Shown one piece after another: positions 1 to 7,888 of a stretch of DNA of 13,414 bases. Every line of letters begins with the position of its first letter. Position 1 is the first letter of the stretch. A program made the position numbers and the translations under genes. This DNA is from Paraphysomonas bandaiensis (Eukaryota > Protista > Chrysophyceae), in assembly GCA_965644295.1 (NCBI GenBank), contig CBFFRP010000586.1:1-13414 (forward strand), read 5' to 3'. The notes beneath the pieces are model-generated. The model did no database searches. It was not told the DNA's origin and saw only the letters and a program-made list of their open reading frames with translations.

Positions 1-1
1 C

Positions 2-472
2 GTTCGTTGCTATATCACTAGTATTGGTTGCTATATTGGTGGTGTTTGTGGATATATTTGATGTATTGGTTGCTATATTGGTGGTGTTTGTGGATATATT
101 TGATGTATTGGTTGCTATATTGGTGGTGTTTGTGGATATATTTGATGTATTGGTTGCTATATTGGTGGTGTTTGTGGATATATTTGATGTATTAGTTGAT
201 ATGTTATTTGCATTCGTTGTAAGTTGTGTCTGTGCGTTTGAAGTGAGTCCATCAATATAACTCAGTTCAACATCTGTTATAGTTGTGCCATTTGCGACAA
301 TACTAGCCCCCGATTGCATTGTTATATCAGTATCAATAATAATGTTACTCGTTTCAAGTGTGTCTAAATATATATTATCACTTGTTAAACTACCAGTCGT
401 TATTTCGTCCGCTTTTATTGTTTGTAATCCATTCAAAGATGGTATGTTTAATGATGTATAACCATTGTTCAT
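2..472 (-). CDS. Putative virion fibre/spike protein, N-terminal part (runs off the window start; missing from the ORF track)
   Basis: ATG at 472 opens a frame with no stop to the window edge: MNNGYTSLNIPSLNGLQTIKADEITTGSL...TTITDVELSYIDGLTSNAQTQLTTNANNISTNTSNISTNTTNIATNTSNISTNTTNIATNTS... The ELxYxDGxTSNxQTQL segment and the I-x2-N-x3 heptads are typical of trimeric coiled-coil viral fibres. Confidence 0.8.
   Translation of the reverse strand, partial: MNNGYTSLNIPSLNGLQTIKADEITTGSLTSDNIYLDTLETSNIIIDTDITMQSGASIVANGTTITDVELSYIDGLTSNAQTQLTTNANNISTNTSNISTNTTNIATNTSNISTNTTNIATNTSNISTNTTNIATNTSNISTNTTNIATNTSDIATN
21..193. repeat. Perfect 42-bp tandem repeat, 4 copies plus 5 bp, coding (two heptads per unit)
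   Basis: Unit GTATTGGTTGCTATATTGGTGGTGTTTGTGGATATATTTGAT at 21, 63, 105 and 147. On the minus strand it encodes SNISTNTTNIATNT. Confidence 0.97.
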
Positions 473-499
473 AATATCGTTATACATTATAATTAGAAA

Positions 500-1054
500 T
501 TAAAATTGAGTTTCTTCTTTCAGTGAATTTAAACGTTGTATATGCGTCTTGGTCTTTTCATGTCTTGCTTTATGTGTGAATGTGTATTCTATACCACATT
601 CACACATATGCTTTTCTTTACGTTTAGCTTGTATTTTTTCTTTGTTTTCTTGATATTTCTTTGCATTTCTGACTTTAACATATTCTTTGTTGTCTTCACG
701 CCACTTTTTTACTTTCTGTATAATACTACCTGCATTGTCTTGATAGTACTCTTTTCGTGTTCTTTTTGGAACGTATTTATTAACACAATCATTGTTTTTA
801 ATGTGATACCCTTCACGAGATAACAACTCATCTTTACAATTACAAGGATAGTTTTCTACTAAATATATTCTACAATCAGGTTCATCAAGTATTTGAAATG
901 ATCTCATGATGCTTGCTTGTCCTCGGTTATATCTATCACGAGCATATCTATGCTGTGCAAGCCGATTTGACAATTTGCTCTCACATGTGGATCCGTAATA
1001 AGTTTTTCCACCTCCTTCAATTTTATAAATCTTTCCTTTCTGATAATCAGGCAT
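500..1054 (-). CDS. GIY-YIG family endonuclease with C-terminal helical repeats and zinc finger
   Basis: N-terminal GKIYKI...TYYGST...RLAQH...ELLSREGYHI...VNK matches the GIY-YIG motifs (catalytic R, E, N). C-terminal CECG-x9-RH-x5-H zinc-finger-like motif. Confidence 0.9.
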   Translation of the reverse strand: MPDYQKGKIYKIEGGGKTYYGSTCESKLSNRLAQHRYARDRYNRGQASIMRSFQILDEPDCRIYLVENYPCNCKDELLSREGYHIKNNDCVNKYVPKRTRKEYYQDNAGSIIQKVKKWREDNKEYVKVRNAKKYQENKEKIQAKRKEKHMCECGIEYTFTHKARHEKTKTHIQRLNSLKEETQF

Positions 1055-1095
1055 ACTCTAATGTATCAACAAATCTTTAAATGTATTTATTTATC

Positions 1096-2511
1096 TCAGA
1101 ATTGAGTGTAGCAGACTCCGGCTTCACACACCATAACAGCGTCATACATAGCGTATGTATCAAATCTTACGGATGGTGTTGTTGCATTTGCGTTATATGT
1201 ACAGTGCCAAAACACATCATCATTAGAGGTATTGTATCCTGAGTAGATAGAATCTTTATCAGCATTTGAATATGTTTCAAGATCCATACCAACAAAGAAA
1301 GCCTCGGAACTGGCGGTATCATCTACATAATTCTCTGTTTCAGCATTAACCGTAGGGACATCAACATCATAATCTCCTAAATCAATATTTGGTTCGTGAT
1401 TGATATCTGACACGCTACCTATAGCCTTTATAGCTTCAATGAAAAACTCAGGGACAGTCTCAGGAGCTTTTGATGGTACAACCTTAGAGCCCAATCTCAG
1501 CGTATAAGAAGCAAGATTATAGTGACAAGAACCCATAGGGAAATAAGTAATAGAACCGTCGGCATTTTCTCTTTGAGTCATAAAAAGAGATTTCAAGCTG
1601 TTGAATTTAGCTGGCACAGGTATAGATACCTGGGTCGTTGCATTATTTAAAGTGGCATTGTACACGTAGTTCCTCCATGCAGGAACCACCCACTCAAGTC
1701 TTCCACCAGGTGCGGAATTATTGATTATATTCATTGCTTCACTTCCAAGCTCCATAAATTGAGCAATAAATTCACAGTTATTTACTTTAAAAGAGGACAA
1801 TGCAAGTTCAGAACAAATGAATTTCGCTGGGCTAGAAACTAGTTGAAGTTCAAGTCTAAGAGGTGCGCTTGTCATTGCAAAGAGAGGAATGTATTTATCA
1901 GAAAGAGAACCAATAATAGATAAAAGGTTAATGGTGTAAGTTCTAGTAAGAGTATCTCCCGCGGCGGCGATATCTGCAAACTGTGTTGTTTGTCCATCAT
2001 CAATAAGTCTTTCACCTGAGTTAATAGTAAAAACTTGGTTGGTTGCCCCTTGAATTTTTGTTAATAGAGTACCTGCATCTGCTACTGTTGAATCAGTCAC
2101 ATCACAAAAGGAATCTCTCGTTAACCCAGCCATAATGTTTAACTTACCTTTAGCAGAATCTCCAGATTGTTGTAATGACATAAGCATGCCTACAAGATTA
2201 CCGTAATTATCAATGTCTTCAAGTAATTGAGAACCATGATAAAGTCTAAGCCTTTGAATGCAACCGTGAGCTCCAGCTCTATCTAAACGGGCATAGGCAT
2301 TTGCTCCTGCTCCATTAGTTACTGTCAAGTCAAATTTTAAGAGTGATTCAGACCCTGCCATGACGAGATTCTGAGCTGTGGGGATATTAATGATGATAGT
2401 CTGCCCATCTAAGTAGTTTCCAACGCCATTCAATGGTTGTATGTGAGTGGAAAAGTTACGACAATAGGCACTTGATCGCTTGTTAGTGTATAATAGGTTT
2501 TTAGGTATCAT
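1096..2511 (-). CDS. Major capsid protein (double jelly-roll, PLV type), ~471 aa
   Basis: Size, beta-rich composition and PLV-MCP-like segments (MIPKNL..., IQPLNG...GQTIIINIPT, IQRLRLYHGSQLLEDIDNYG, KYIPLFAMTSAPLRLEL, AKFNSLKSLF, FFVGMDLETYS...SG). It is clustered with the penton and ATPase genes. ATG at 2511 is preferred over the ORF-track start at 2559, whose 16 extra codons are AT-rich spacer-like sequence. Confidence 0.88.
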   Translation of the reverse strand: MIPKNLLYTNKRSSAYCRNFSTHIQPLNGVGNYLDGQTIIINIPTAQNLVMAGSESLLKFDLTVTNGAGANAYARLDRAGAHGCIQRLRLYHGSQLLEDIDNYGNLVGMLMSLQQSGDSAKGKLNIMAGLTRDSFCDVTDSTVADAGTLLTKIQGATNQVFTINSGERLIDDGQTTQFADIAAAGDTLTRTYTINLLSIIGSLSDKYIPLFAMTSAPLRLELQLVSSPAKFICSELALSSFKVNNCEFIAQFMELGSEAMNIINNSAPGGRLEWVVPAWRNYVYNATLNNATTQVSIPVPAKFNSLKSLFMTQRENADGSITYFPMGSCHYNLASYTLRLGSKVVPSKAPETVPEFFIEAIKAIGSVSDINHEPNIDLGDYDVDVPTVNAETENYVDDTASSEAFFVGMDLETYSNADKDSIYSGYNTSNDDVFWHCTYNANATTPSVRFDTYAMYDAVMVCEAGVCYTQF

Positions 2512-2582
2512 GAGTAATAATATATTATATGGATAAAATAAATATCTATATAATTTCAAAATAAATGCGTTTTATATATTGT

Positions 2583-3020
2583 TTATGCGAATCCATCTTC
2601 ATCTGCGGTTGCTTGTGCGATCTTTTTGCGCACATTGAACTTTTCGAGATCATTAGCATGTTTGTTGGCATGTTTAAGAGCTTTGTTACTTGCGTTCTTA
2701 TATTTGTGTAAGGCCTTATCTCCTTTATCAAGCCCTTTTCTAGCACCATGCAATCCTTTACTTGCTAAAGCTACACCATCTCCAAGTACAGGGACATTTC
2801 CAGCGCCAGCATCTACTGCTGTACCTAAAACAGCGTCGGCTATATCAACCCCCTTTCTAACGTTGTGTAAAACTTTTGATCCAGTATTAACCACTTTACG
2901 GTTGATCTTTTGTGCTTTTTGAAGTACGTCGTGAGATTTATGCCCTAATTGATGAGCCTTCTTATCTATTTTGTGACCAAGCTTTCGAACACCTCGATCA
3001 AACTTCTTACCTAGTTTCAT
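2583..3020 (-). CDS. Basic amphipathic protein, putative virion internal/membrane-active protein
   Basis: 145-aa ORF filling the gap between penton and MCP. Three KLG(K/H)K-like repeats at 11-aa spacing, a Gly/Ala/Val-rich core (DAVLGTAVDAGAGNVPVLGDGVALA) and the ending DEDGFA. Function is inferred only. Confidence 0.75.
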   Translation of the reverse strand: MKLGKKFDRGVRKLGHKIDKKAHQLGHKSHDVLQKAQKINRKVVNTGSKVLHNVRKGVDIADAVLGTAVDAGAGNVPVLGDGVALASKGLHGARKGLDKGDKALHKYKNASNKALKHANKHANDLEKFNVRKKIAQATADEDGFA

Positions 3021-3044
3021 GTATATATATACACTATATTTTAA

Positions 3045-3779
3045 TTATTCTATATCAAGCTCTAGAGTTAAAGACCAATGAACTCCATTCAGATCAAGCA
3101 CATCATCATCTTGATCCGTGAGTTTAACATGTAAATTTGTTAAATTATGAACATTATAGATCATATTACGAACATTGTATATATTAGAGTAACTGATCAT
3201 ACTGTGATGGGAAGAATCTACAGGAATACTGCATAATATATTACTTTTATTAGGTGTTGAATTGTTAATATTATTGATTTGAAAGTTATCAGATGTAACA
3301 TAAACATTTCTAATTGTGAATAAATTAATTGATATGGTACTTGTAAGCACTTGTGACGTTGACGAGTATGTTGTATCATCTGTAAAACCAAGAACTTCAA
3401 AACAAGTACTATTTGATTCAAATGTAAAATCATATGTACTATGTGAAAAGGTTAATTTGTTTGTTTTGCTGTTATATGTGATTGTTAAAGCGGGTATGCC
3501 AGTTGTAATTGCTGTTATCAAGGTATTAACGTTATAATTTCCTTCTGTAATAGTTAATGTTTGTACTCCACCACCATTGACTGTATATTTTAAAGTGTTA
3601 TTAATTGAACTAATGTTATAAAATGAATAAGGTATCATCGCCGTTTGAACCGAACAAAATATCTTCCTATGTTTTGGTATGTTGATAACAGGTAAATGAA
3701 ATATACAATCTGATGTATTACCTGATATATATCTATTTGCACTCTTACTATTTAAAAAGATACATAGTTTATCGCTCAT
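3045..3779 (-). CDS. Minor capsid protein (penton, single jelly-roll)
   Basis: IFLNS...SDCIFHLP, IPYSFYNI..INNTL, LTITEGNY, ILCSIPV and C-terminal LHVKLTDQDDDVLDLNGVHWSLTLEL are characteristic of PLV/virophage-like penton proteins. Located between the ATPase and MCP genes. Confidence 0.85.
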   Translation of the reverse strand: MSDKLCIFLNSKSANRYISGNTSDCIFHLPVINIPKHRKIFCSVQTAMIPYSFYNISSINNTLKYTVNGGGVQTLTITEGNYNVNTLITAITTGIPALTITYNSKTNKLTFSHSTYDFTFESNSTCFEVLGFTDDTTYSSTSQVLTSTISINLFTIRNVYVTSDNFQINNINNSTPNKSNILCSIPVDSSHHSMISYSNIYNVRNMIYNVHNLTNLHVKLTDQDDDVLDLNGVHWSLTLELDIE

Positions 3780-4113
3780 CTATATTATTACAATCATATA
3801 TTTTTCTATTCATTAACTCCTCTAGTGGAGAATCACTTATATTTTCAGCAATAGTTTCAAGTACTTGTTGCCATCCTGGAATGTGAAAACCTGTTCCATT
3901 TGGCATATTGTTTAATACGTGACTTATTCCTCGTCTTTTAAAAGAATCGTTGTAGTGTAACATATTTATATCTATAACTTCATCTAAGCGTTTTGGTCTG
4001 ACCTGATAATCAAGTTCATCCGGTAGTTCATCCTCTGAGTCGGATGATAAATAATACTGCGTTTCAGAATCATATTGCAATTCGGTTGAATCATTTTCTG
4101 TATCACTGTTCAT
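3769..4113 (-). CDS. Hypothetical acidic protein
   Basis: 114-aa ORF filling the space between ATPase and penton (11-nt overlap with the penton start), with TATATA-ATG start context and an acidic N-terminus. Confidence 0.7.
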   Translation of the reverse strand: MNSDTENDSTELQYDSETQYYLSSDSEDELPDELDYQVRPKRLDEVIDINMLHYNDSFKRRGISHVLNNMPNGTGFHIPGWQQVLETIAENISDSPLEELMNRKIYDCNNIDER

Positions 4114-4132
4114 TATATATATTAATTAGATA

Positions 4133-4864
4133 TTAATTATTATCAATTGATAGCGTGTTAAAGTTTTTAAATAATTTGTTTTCAACTGTATCAACATCTA
4201 AATGATTATAGTTTTTATCATAAACATAATCATAGAGCTCAACAGCATTATCTTTTGTCATATTTAATAGTTCTGATGTTACAACTGTCCACTCTTGTTG
4301 ATTTTTAGGTTTAAACAAAGTCATGTTAGTTATTTGTTTTCTCAATGTTAATGGAAATAAATTATATGATTGTAACGTAAAAACAAAAGCTGTATTTAAA
4401 TGTCTTGCTTTGATAAGCATTCTGTTCAAATGTTTAATTAAAACATTGTCTTTTAAATGATTTGCATAATCATCAATAATAACTAAATTATATTCTGGAG
4501 GAATACCCTGCTCTATATTACTTTCTTTTAAGTTTGATAATTCATCATATATTATATCCAATAATTCCGGTGTTAATTCATGATATACCTTTCCATGCGT
4601 TCCAAATGGATGATCGCGAACACTGAGAAAGCTACTCTGTGGGGTGATTAAGTATATATTATCAAATTTGGCTCTGTAAAATCTAGATGACTTAAACATT
4701 GACAATAATAAACTTGTTTTTCCTGATCCACCAGATCCTATTAAAGTATATATAAACCCATTTCGATGTGGTAAGTGTTCATTGATGTTTGGTATATAGA
4801 CGTCCATAACTTCTTTAATAGGTGCTGTATTAGGCAAATCAGAAGGTGTTTCTGTTATTTTCAT
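4133..4864 (-). CDS. DNA packaging ATPase (A32-like, FtsK-HerA superfamily)
   Basis: Walker A GSGGSGKT, Walker B LVIIDD, arginine-finger motif ARH, and downstream TLQ...LRKQ. The 243-aa length is typical for this family. Confidence 0.93.
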   Translation of the reverse strand: MKITETPSDLPNTAPIKEVMDVYIPNINEHLPHRNGFIYTLIGSGGSGKTSLLLSMFKSSRFYRAKFDNIYLITPQSSFLSVRDHPFGTHGKVYHELTPELLDIIYDELSNLKESNIEQGIPPEYNLVIIDDYANHLKDNVLIKHLNRMLIKARHLNTAFVFTLQSYNLFPLTLRKQITNMTLFKPKNQQEWTVVTSELLNMTKDNAVELYDYVYDKNYNHLDVDTVENKLFKNFNTLSIDNN

Positions 4865-4922
4865 TATATTATGAGTAAATATATTAATATTTTGTAAATA
4901 TTTTTTCTACAGTAACTATATA

Positions 4923-5477
4923 ATGGTAGAACCCGAAGAATATATAGAAGAATCAATTCCTTTAACAAAGCCGAAAAGACAGGTCAAACAACTCGCAACC
5001 ATACCAGAGGAGCCTGTTAACACACCCCAAGCACCTATTCAGTCCGCTCCTGTGAAAAAGAAAAGAGTGATGACAAAGCCTAAAACACAAGCCCAACTAC
5101 AAGCATTTGAAAAGGCTAGACAAAAGAGAGCAGAGAATGCTTTAAAGAGGCAACAAGAAAAGGAATTACATTATGCTCAATTATTAGCCAAACATCAAGA
5201 AGAGCAATCAGTAACAAAGACAGATCCCGAACCAAAACCAGCACCAAGGCCTGTTGTTAAACGAGCTCCTAGACAAAAAATAATATATGATGATTCAGAA
5301 TCAGATGAAGAGGTTATAGTTGTTAAAAGACCATCAAAAAGAAAACCAAAAAAGAGAACAATTGTTGTTGAATCATCAGAATCTGAATCAGAATCAGAAG
5401 ATGAACAAGTATCTATACAAAGACAACCCGCTACACAAAGACATGTGACATTTAATTCAGATGATTATTTCGCATAA
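4923..5477 (+). CDS. Hypothetical low-complexity Lys/Glu/Pro-rich protein (possible core/DNA-binding protein)
   Basis: 184-aa ORF with TATATA-ATG context, basic clusters (KKKRV, KRPSKRKPKKR), coiled-coil TQAQLQAFEKARQKRAEN, SESESE acidic tracts and the ending SDDYFA. Confidence 0.8.
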   Translation: MVEPEEYIEESIPLTKPKRQVKQLATIPEEPVNTPQAPIQSAPVKKKRVMTKPKTQAQLQAFEKARQKRAENALKRQQEKELHYAQLLAKHQEEQSVTKTDPEPKPAPRPVVKRAPRQKIIYDDSESDEEVIVVKRPSKRKPKKRTIVVESSESESESEDEQVSIQRQPATQRHVTFNSDDYFA

Positions 5478-5506
5478 TATTATCTTTCACTATTATATAA
5501 ATACTA

Positions 5507-6568
5507 ATGAAGGAGAAGAAAATCTATTTATCTCTTGACGACTTACATAAACTTTATGGTATTGCACCAGATTTGATTTTAAAAAGAAAAAGAACAAAGA
5601 AAAAGCGCAAAGCTAAAGGGAAAAAGAAAACTAATTTTGGTACAGGTGTAAATAAGCAATTTGGTGGGGGCGGAATAGGAGGTGTTTCCGGTGTGGGTGC
5701 TGTACATAGCTCAACCATTGACAGAAGAGAGATTGATATATTGCGAGGACAATTAAATGAAGCTAGAAATAATCCCAAGAACCCCGCCAATGAAGGAGTG
5801 TTGAGACTTGAAAATGTACCAGAAGAGTTAAAAGAGACTTTCAAATTTGCAAAATTAGCTAATGACGGGTACGCATCTGGAAATATTAAAGTCTCTAAAT
5901 CTCCAGCTGGAAATTTAATTATGGGTCCAACATCTCAAAAACAAAAAACTGCGCAACGTAGAAGAGCCATTGATATATCCAGCAAGGCAGATAATACCAT
6001 CAACCCCGCACCACCAATATCTACAAGCAATGATTTGATGTATACACAGCCATTAGAATTTAAATCAAATGATCAGATTGAAGAATTAGATGATGATGTT
6101 GAGGATTTGCCTTTAGAGCCACAAACTAAATTAGCTAAACCAAAAGGCAGAACTCAAAAACAGAAAGAAGCAACAAAACAATTAGTTCAACGTAGTAAAG
6201 ACAAGAAAAGCGAAAGATTGAACAGAGAAGGTATGGAGGCAGAGGACTATGATGCCGATAAAGCAATTAGAGCCAAAAATCACTATGAAAAAAGACACAT
6301 GAGACAAGGATTAGAAGGCTTGTTTGTCAATATGGAACCAATTACCGGACAAATGAGTCGAACAAGACGAACAGAAATGAATATAAAACAAAAAGATGAA
6401 ATAGAGGATGAGAACATGCATAAACTAAGAACAAAGCATCATGTCCGAACTCATAAAATCAAGCCACCAAGCACACCGGTACCAGCAGAATATTTTACTC
6501 CCAGAAAAGAAAATGAATTTGGCTGGGATGAATGGCGCAGTGATATCTCAGATGAGGGTTTCGCTTAA
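5507..6568 (+). CDS. Hypothetical largely disordered charged protein
   Basis: 353-aa ORF with an N-terminal poly-basic tract, a Gly-rich stretch and the ending SDEGFA. No family recognised. Confidence 0.8.
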   Translation: MKEKKIYLSLDDLHKLYGIAPDLILKRKRTKKKRKAKGKKKTNFGTGVNKQFGGGGIGGVSGVGAVHSSTIDRREIDILRGQLNEARNNPKNPANEGVLRLENVPEELKETFKFAKLANDGYASGNIKVSKSPAGNLIMGPTSQKQKTAQRRRAIDISSKADNTINPAPPISTSNDLMYTQPLEFKSNDQIEELDDDVEDLPLEPQTKLAKPKGRTQKQKEATKQLVQRSKDKKSERLNREGMEAEDYDADKAIRAKNHYEKRHMRQGLEGLFVNMEPITGQMSRTRRTEMNIKQKDEIEDENMHKLRTKHHVRTHKIKPPSTPVPAEYFTPRKENEFGWDEWRSDISDEGFA

Positions 6569-6607
6569 ATATAAAATGTTTAAATATTTTGTGTCACAAT
6601 TATATAA

Positions 6608-7111
6608 ATGAGAAAAGTAGTTATTAAAGACAACGACAACAACAGACCTCTAGGAGTTGAAGAAACTAAAGAGATAGAAGCTGAAGTTAAACGTGAATGT
6701 AGTTTCAGACATCGATCGATTCCAGACAAAAAACTATTTAATGTTGAGTTAAATGGACTTTCTGACAAAATTAAAGAGATTAAACTTGAAAATCAACAGT
6801 ACGAATTAGTTACTAAAATTCAATCTGTTTTAGATCTCTTTGATCCTGATTCAAATAAATACAATGAACAAATTCTATTATTTACTTGTCAAGCAGTTGA
6901 AAATTTTATCACAAAACCGAAATCTGGTGATAGAAAACTAGCGGTTGTAGTTGAAGCGGTTAAAAAATATTTCAATAATGACATCGAATTAATTGTCAAA
7001 ATGGTTGAGATATTACTTCCACGAATTAAAAAAATGAATTTTATTAGGCGTAATTGGAAGAGAGTAGCACGTTTTTTTTGCGGTCAGCAACAGAGCGAGC
7101 CGTTGATATAG
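6608..7111 (+). CDS. Hypothetical helical protein; possible -1 frameshift extension to 7167
   Basis: 167-aa ORF with TATATAA-ATG context. A T8 run at 7072-7079 gives access to a -1 frame ending in a hydrophobic tail (stop 7165-7167). Confidence 0.8.
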   Translation: MRKVVIKDNDNNRPLGVEETKEIEAEVKRECSFRHRSIPDKKLFNVELNGLSDKIKEIKLENQQYELVTKIQSVLDLFDPDSNKYNEQILLFTCQAVENFITKPKSGDRKLAVVVEAVKKYFNNDIELIVKMVEILLPRIKKMNFIRRNWKRVARFFCGQQQSEPLI

Positions 7112-7190
7112 CTATAACAAAAGCTTTTAAAATATTACTATTACCTATGATACTTGCCATTTTATAATTTTATTGATTATTGATATAATA

Positions 7191-7457
7191 ATGAATAAAG
7201 AGAAACTTAAACAGTATAATCATGAATATTACTTAAAGAACAGAGACACATTATTGATTCGAAATAGAATTTACTATTTTAATAATAAAGCTAAATGTAA
7301 TGAGTATGCTAGAAACTATTATTATACTAAAATTAAAACACTTAAAGAGAACAAAGAATATAAGAAATGGGTACACACAAAAAAGGATACCAAAAGGAAA
7401 AAACAGAAAAAATATAAAGTTATCGATGATGATACATTTATAATAAATTTTACTTAA
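7191..7457 (+). CDS. Small basic Tyr/Lys-rich protein with YYxxN(K/R) repeats
   Basis: ATG at 7191 (ORF track starts at TTG 7173): MNKEKLKQYNHEYYLKNRD...YYFNNKAK...NYYY. Its stop overlaps that of the convergent gene in TTAA 7454-7457. Confidence 0.7.
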   Translation: MNKEKLKQYNHEYYLKNRDTLLIRNRIYYFNNKAKCNEYARNYYYTKIKTLKENKEYKKWVHTKKDTKRKKQKKYKVIDDDTFIINFT

Positions 7458-7798
7458 AGATTTCTATGTTTACTTGAACATTTATGTTTAGTTTTTTGAG
7501 ATTCTGTAAATGATTCTTGACATCCCCAACAATACATCAATGAATCTTGTTTAGATTTCTTAATGTCTTCTAATTCTTGTTTTATTGCTTCTAATTCGCT
7601 TGAAACATTTAACTTTGCTTGTTTTCTCTCTGCCGTTGTCATGCATACTTTTGATGCTTGATGTTTCTTCATATTTTGATGTGATACTATTCTGCCACAT
7701 TTTAAACATTCTTCTTTTTCAAATAGCTTTGCACATATTGCGCTTTTCTTTTCAGCGTAGTATTTTTTATTATACTCTCTTCTTGATTCTTTGTTCAT
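7454..7798 (-). CDS. Small zinc-finger protein (two CxxC...H..C motifs separated by a coiled coil)
   Basis: CLKC-x11-H-x5-C and CWGC-x11-H-x-C motifs, N-terminal REYNKKYYAEKK, and an upstream ACTTAAA motif. Confidence 0.8.
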   Translation of the reverse strand: MNKESRREYNKKYYAEKKSAICAKLFEKEECLKCGRIVSHQNMKKHQASKVCMTTAERKQAKLNVSSELEAIKQELEDIKKSKQDSLMYCWGCQESFTESQKTKHKCSSKHRNL

Positions 7799-7825
7799 TA
7801 TACTATACTCTTATATATTAATTTC

Positions 7826-7839
7826 TTTTTAAGTGTTTT
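7826..7839 (-). promoter_or_regulatory. ACTTAAA promoter-like motif upstream of the zinc-finger gene
   Basis: Core TTTAAGT (+ strand) at 7828-7834, 30 nt from the ATG at 7798. Confidence 0.6.
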
Positions 7840-7888
7840 TTACTAAGTTAGTTTATTTATATTTTTTATATGTGTATTATATATCATT

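Noticed and set aside
21-193. CRISPR-like array
   Set aside because: Repeats are head-to-tail with no spacers and are in-frame coding repeats of the fibre gene.
24-260. 78-aa hydrophobic ORF on the + strand
   Set aside because: Antisense shadow of the Asn/Thr-rich fibre repeat.
536-823. 95-aa Phe-rich ORF
   Set aside because: Antisense to the Lys-rich part of the GIY-YIG gene.
2512-2559. N-terminal 16-aa extension of MCP in the ORF track
   Set aside because: AT-rich spacer-like sequence. MIPKNL at 2511 looks like the true start.
2546-3537. Short ORFs 2546-2749, 2626-2922, 2912-3121, 3218-3433 and 3316-3537
   Set aside because: They overlap better-supported genes in other frames or strands and have no motifs.
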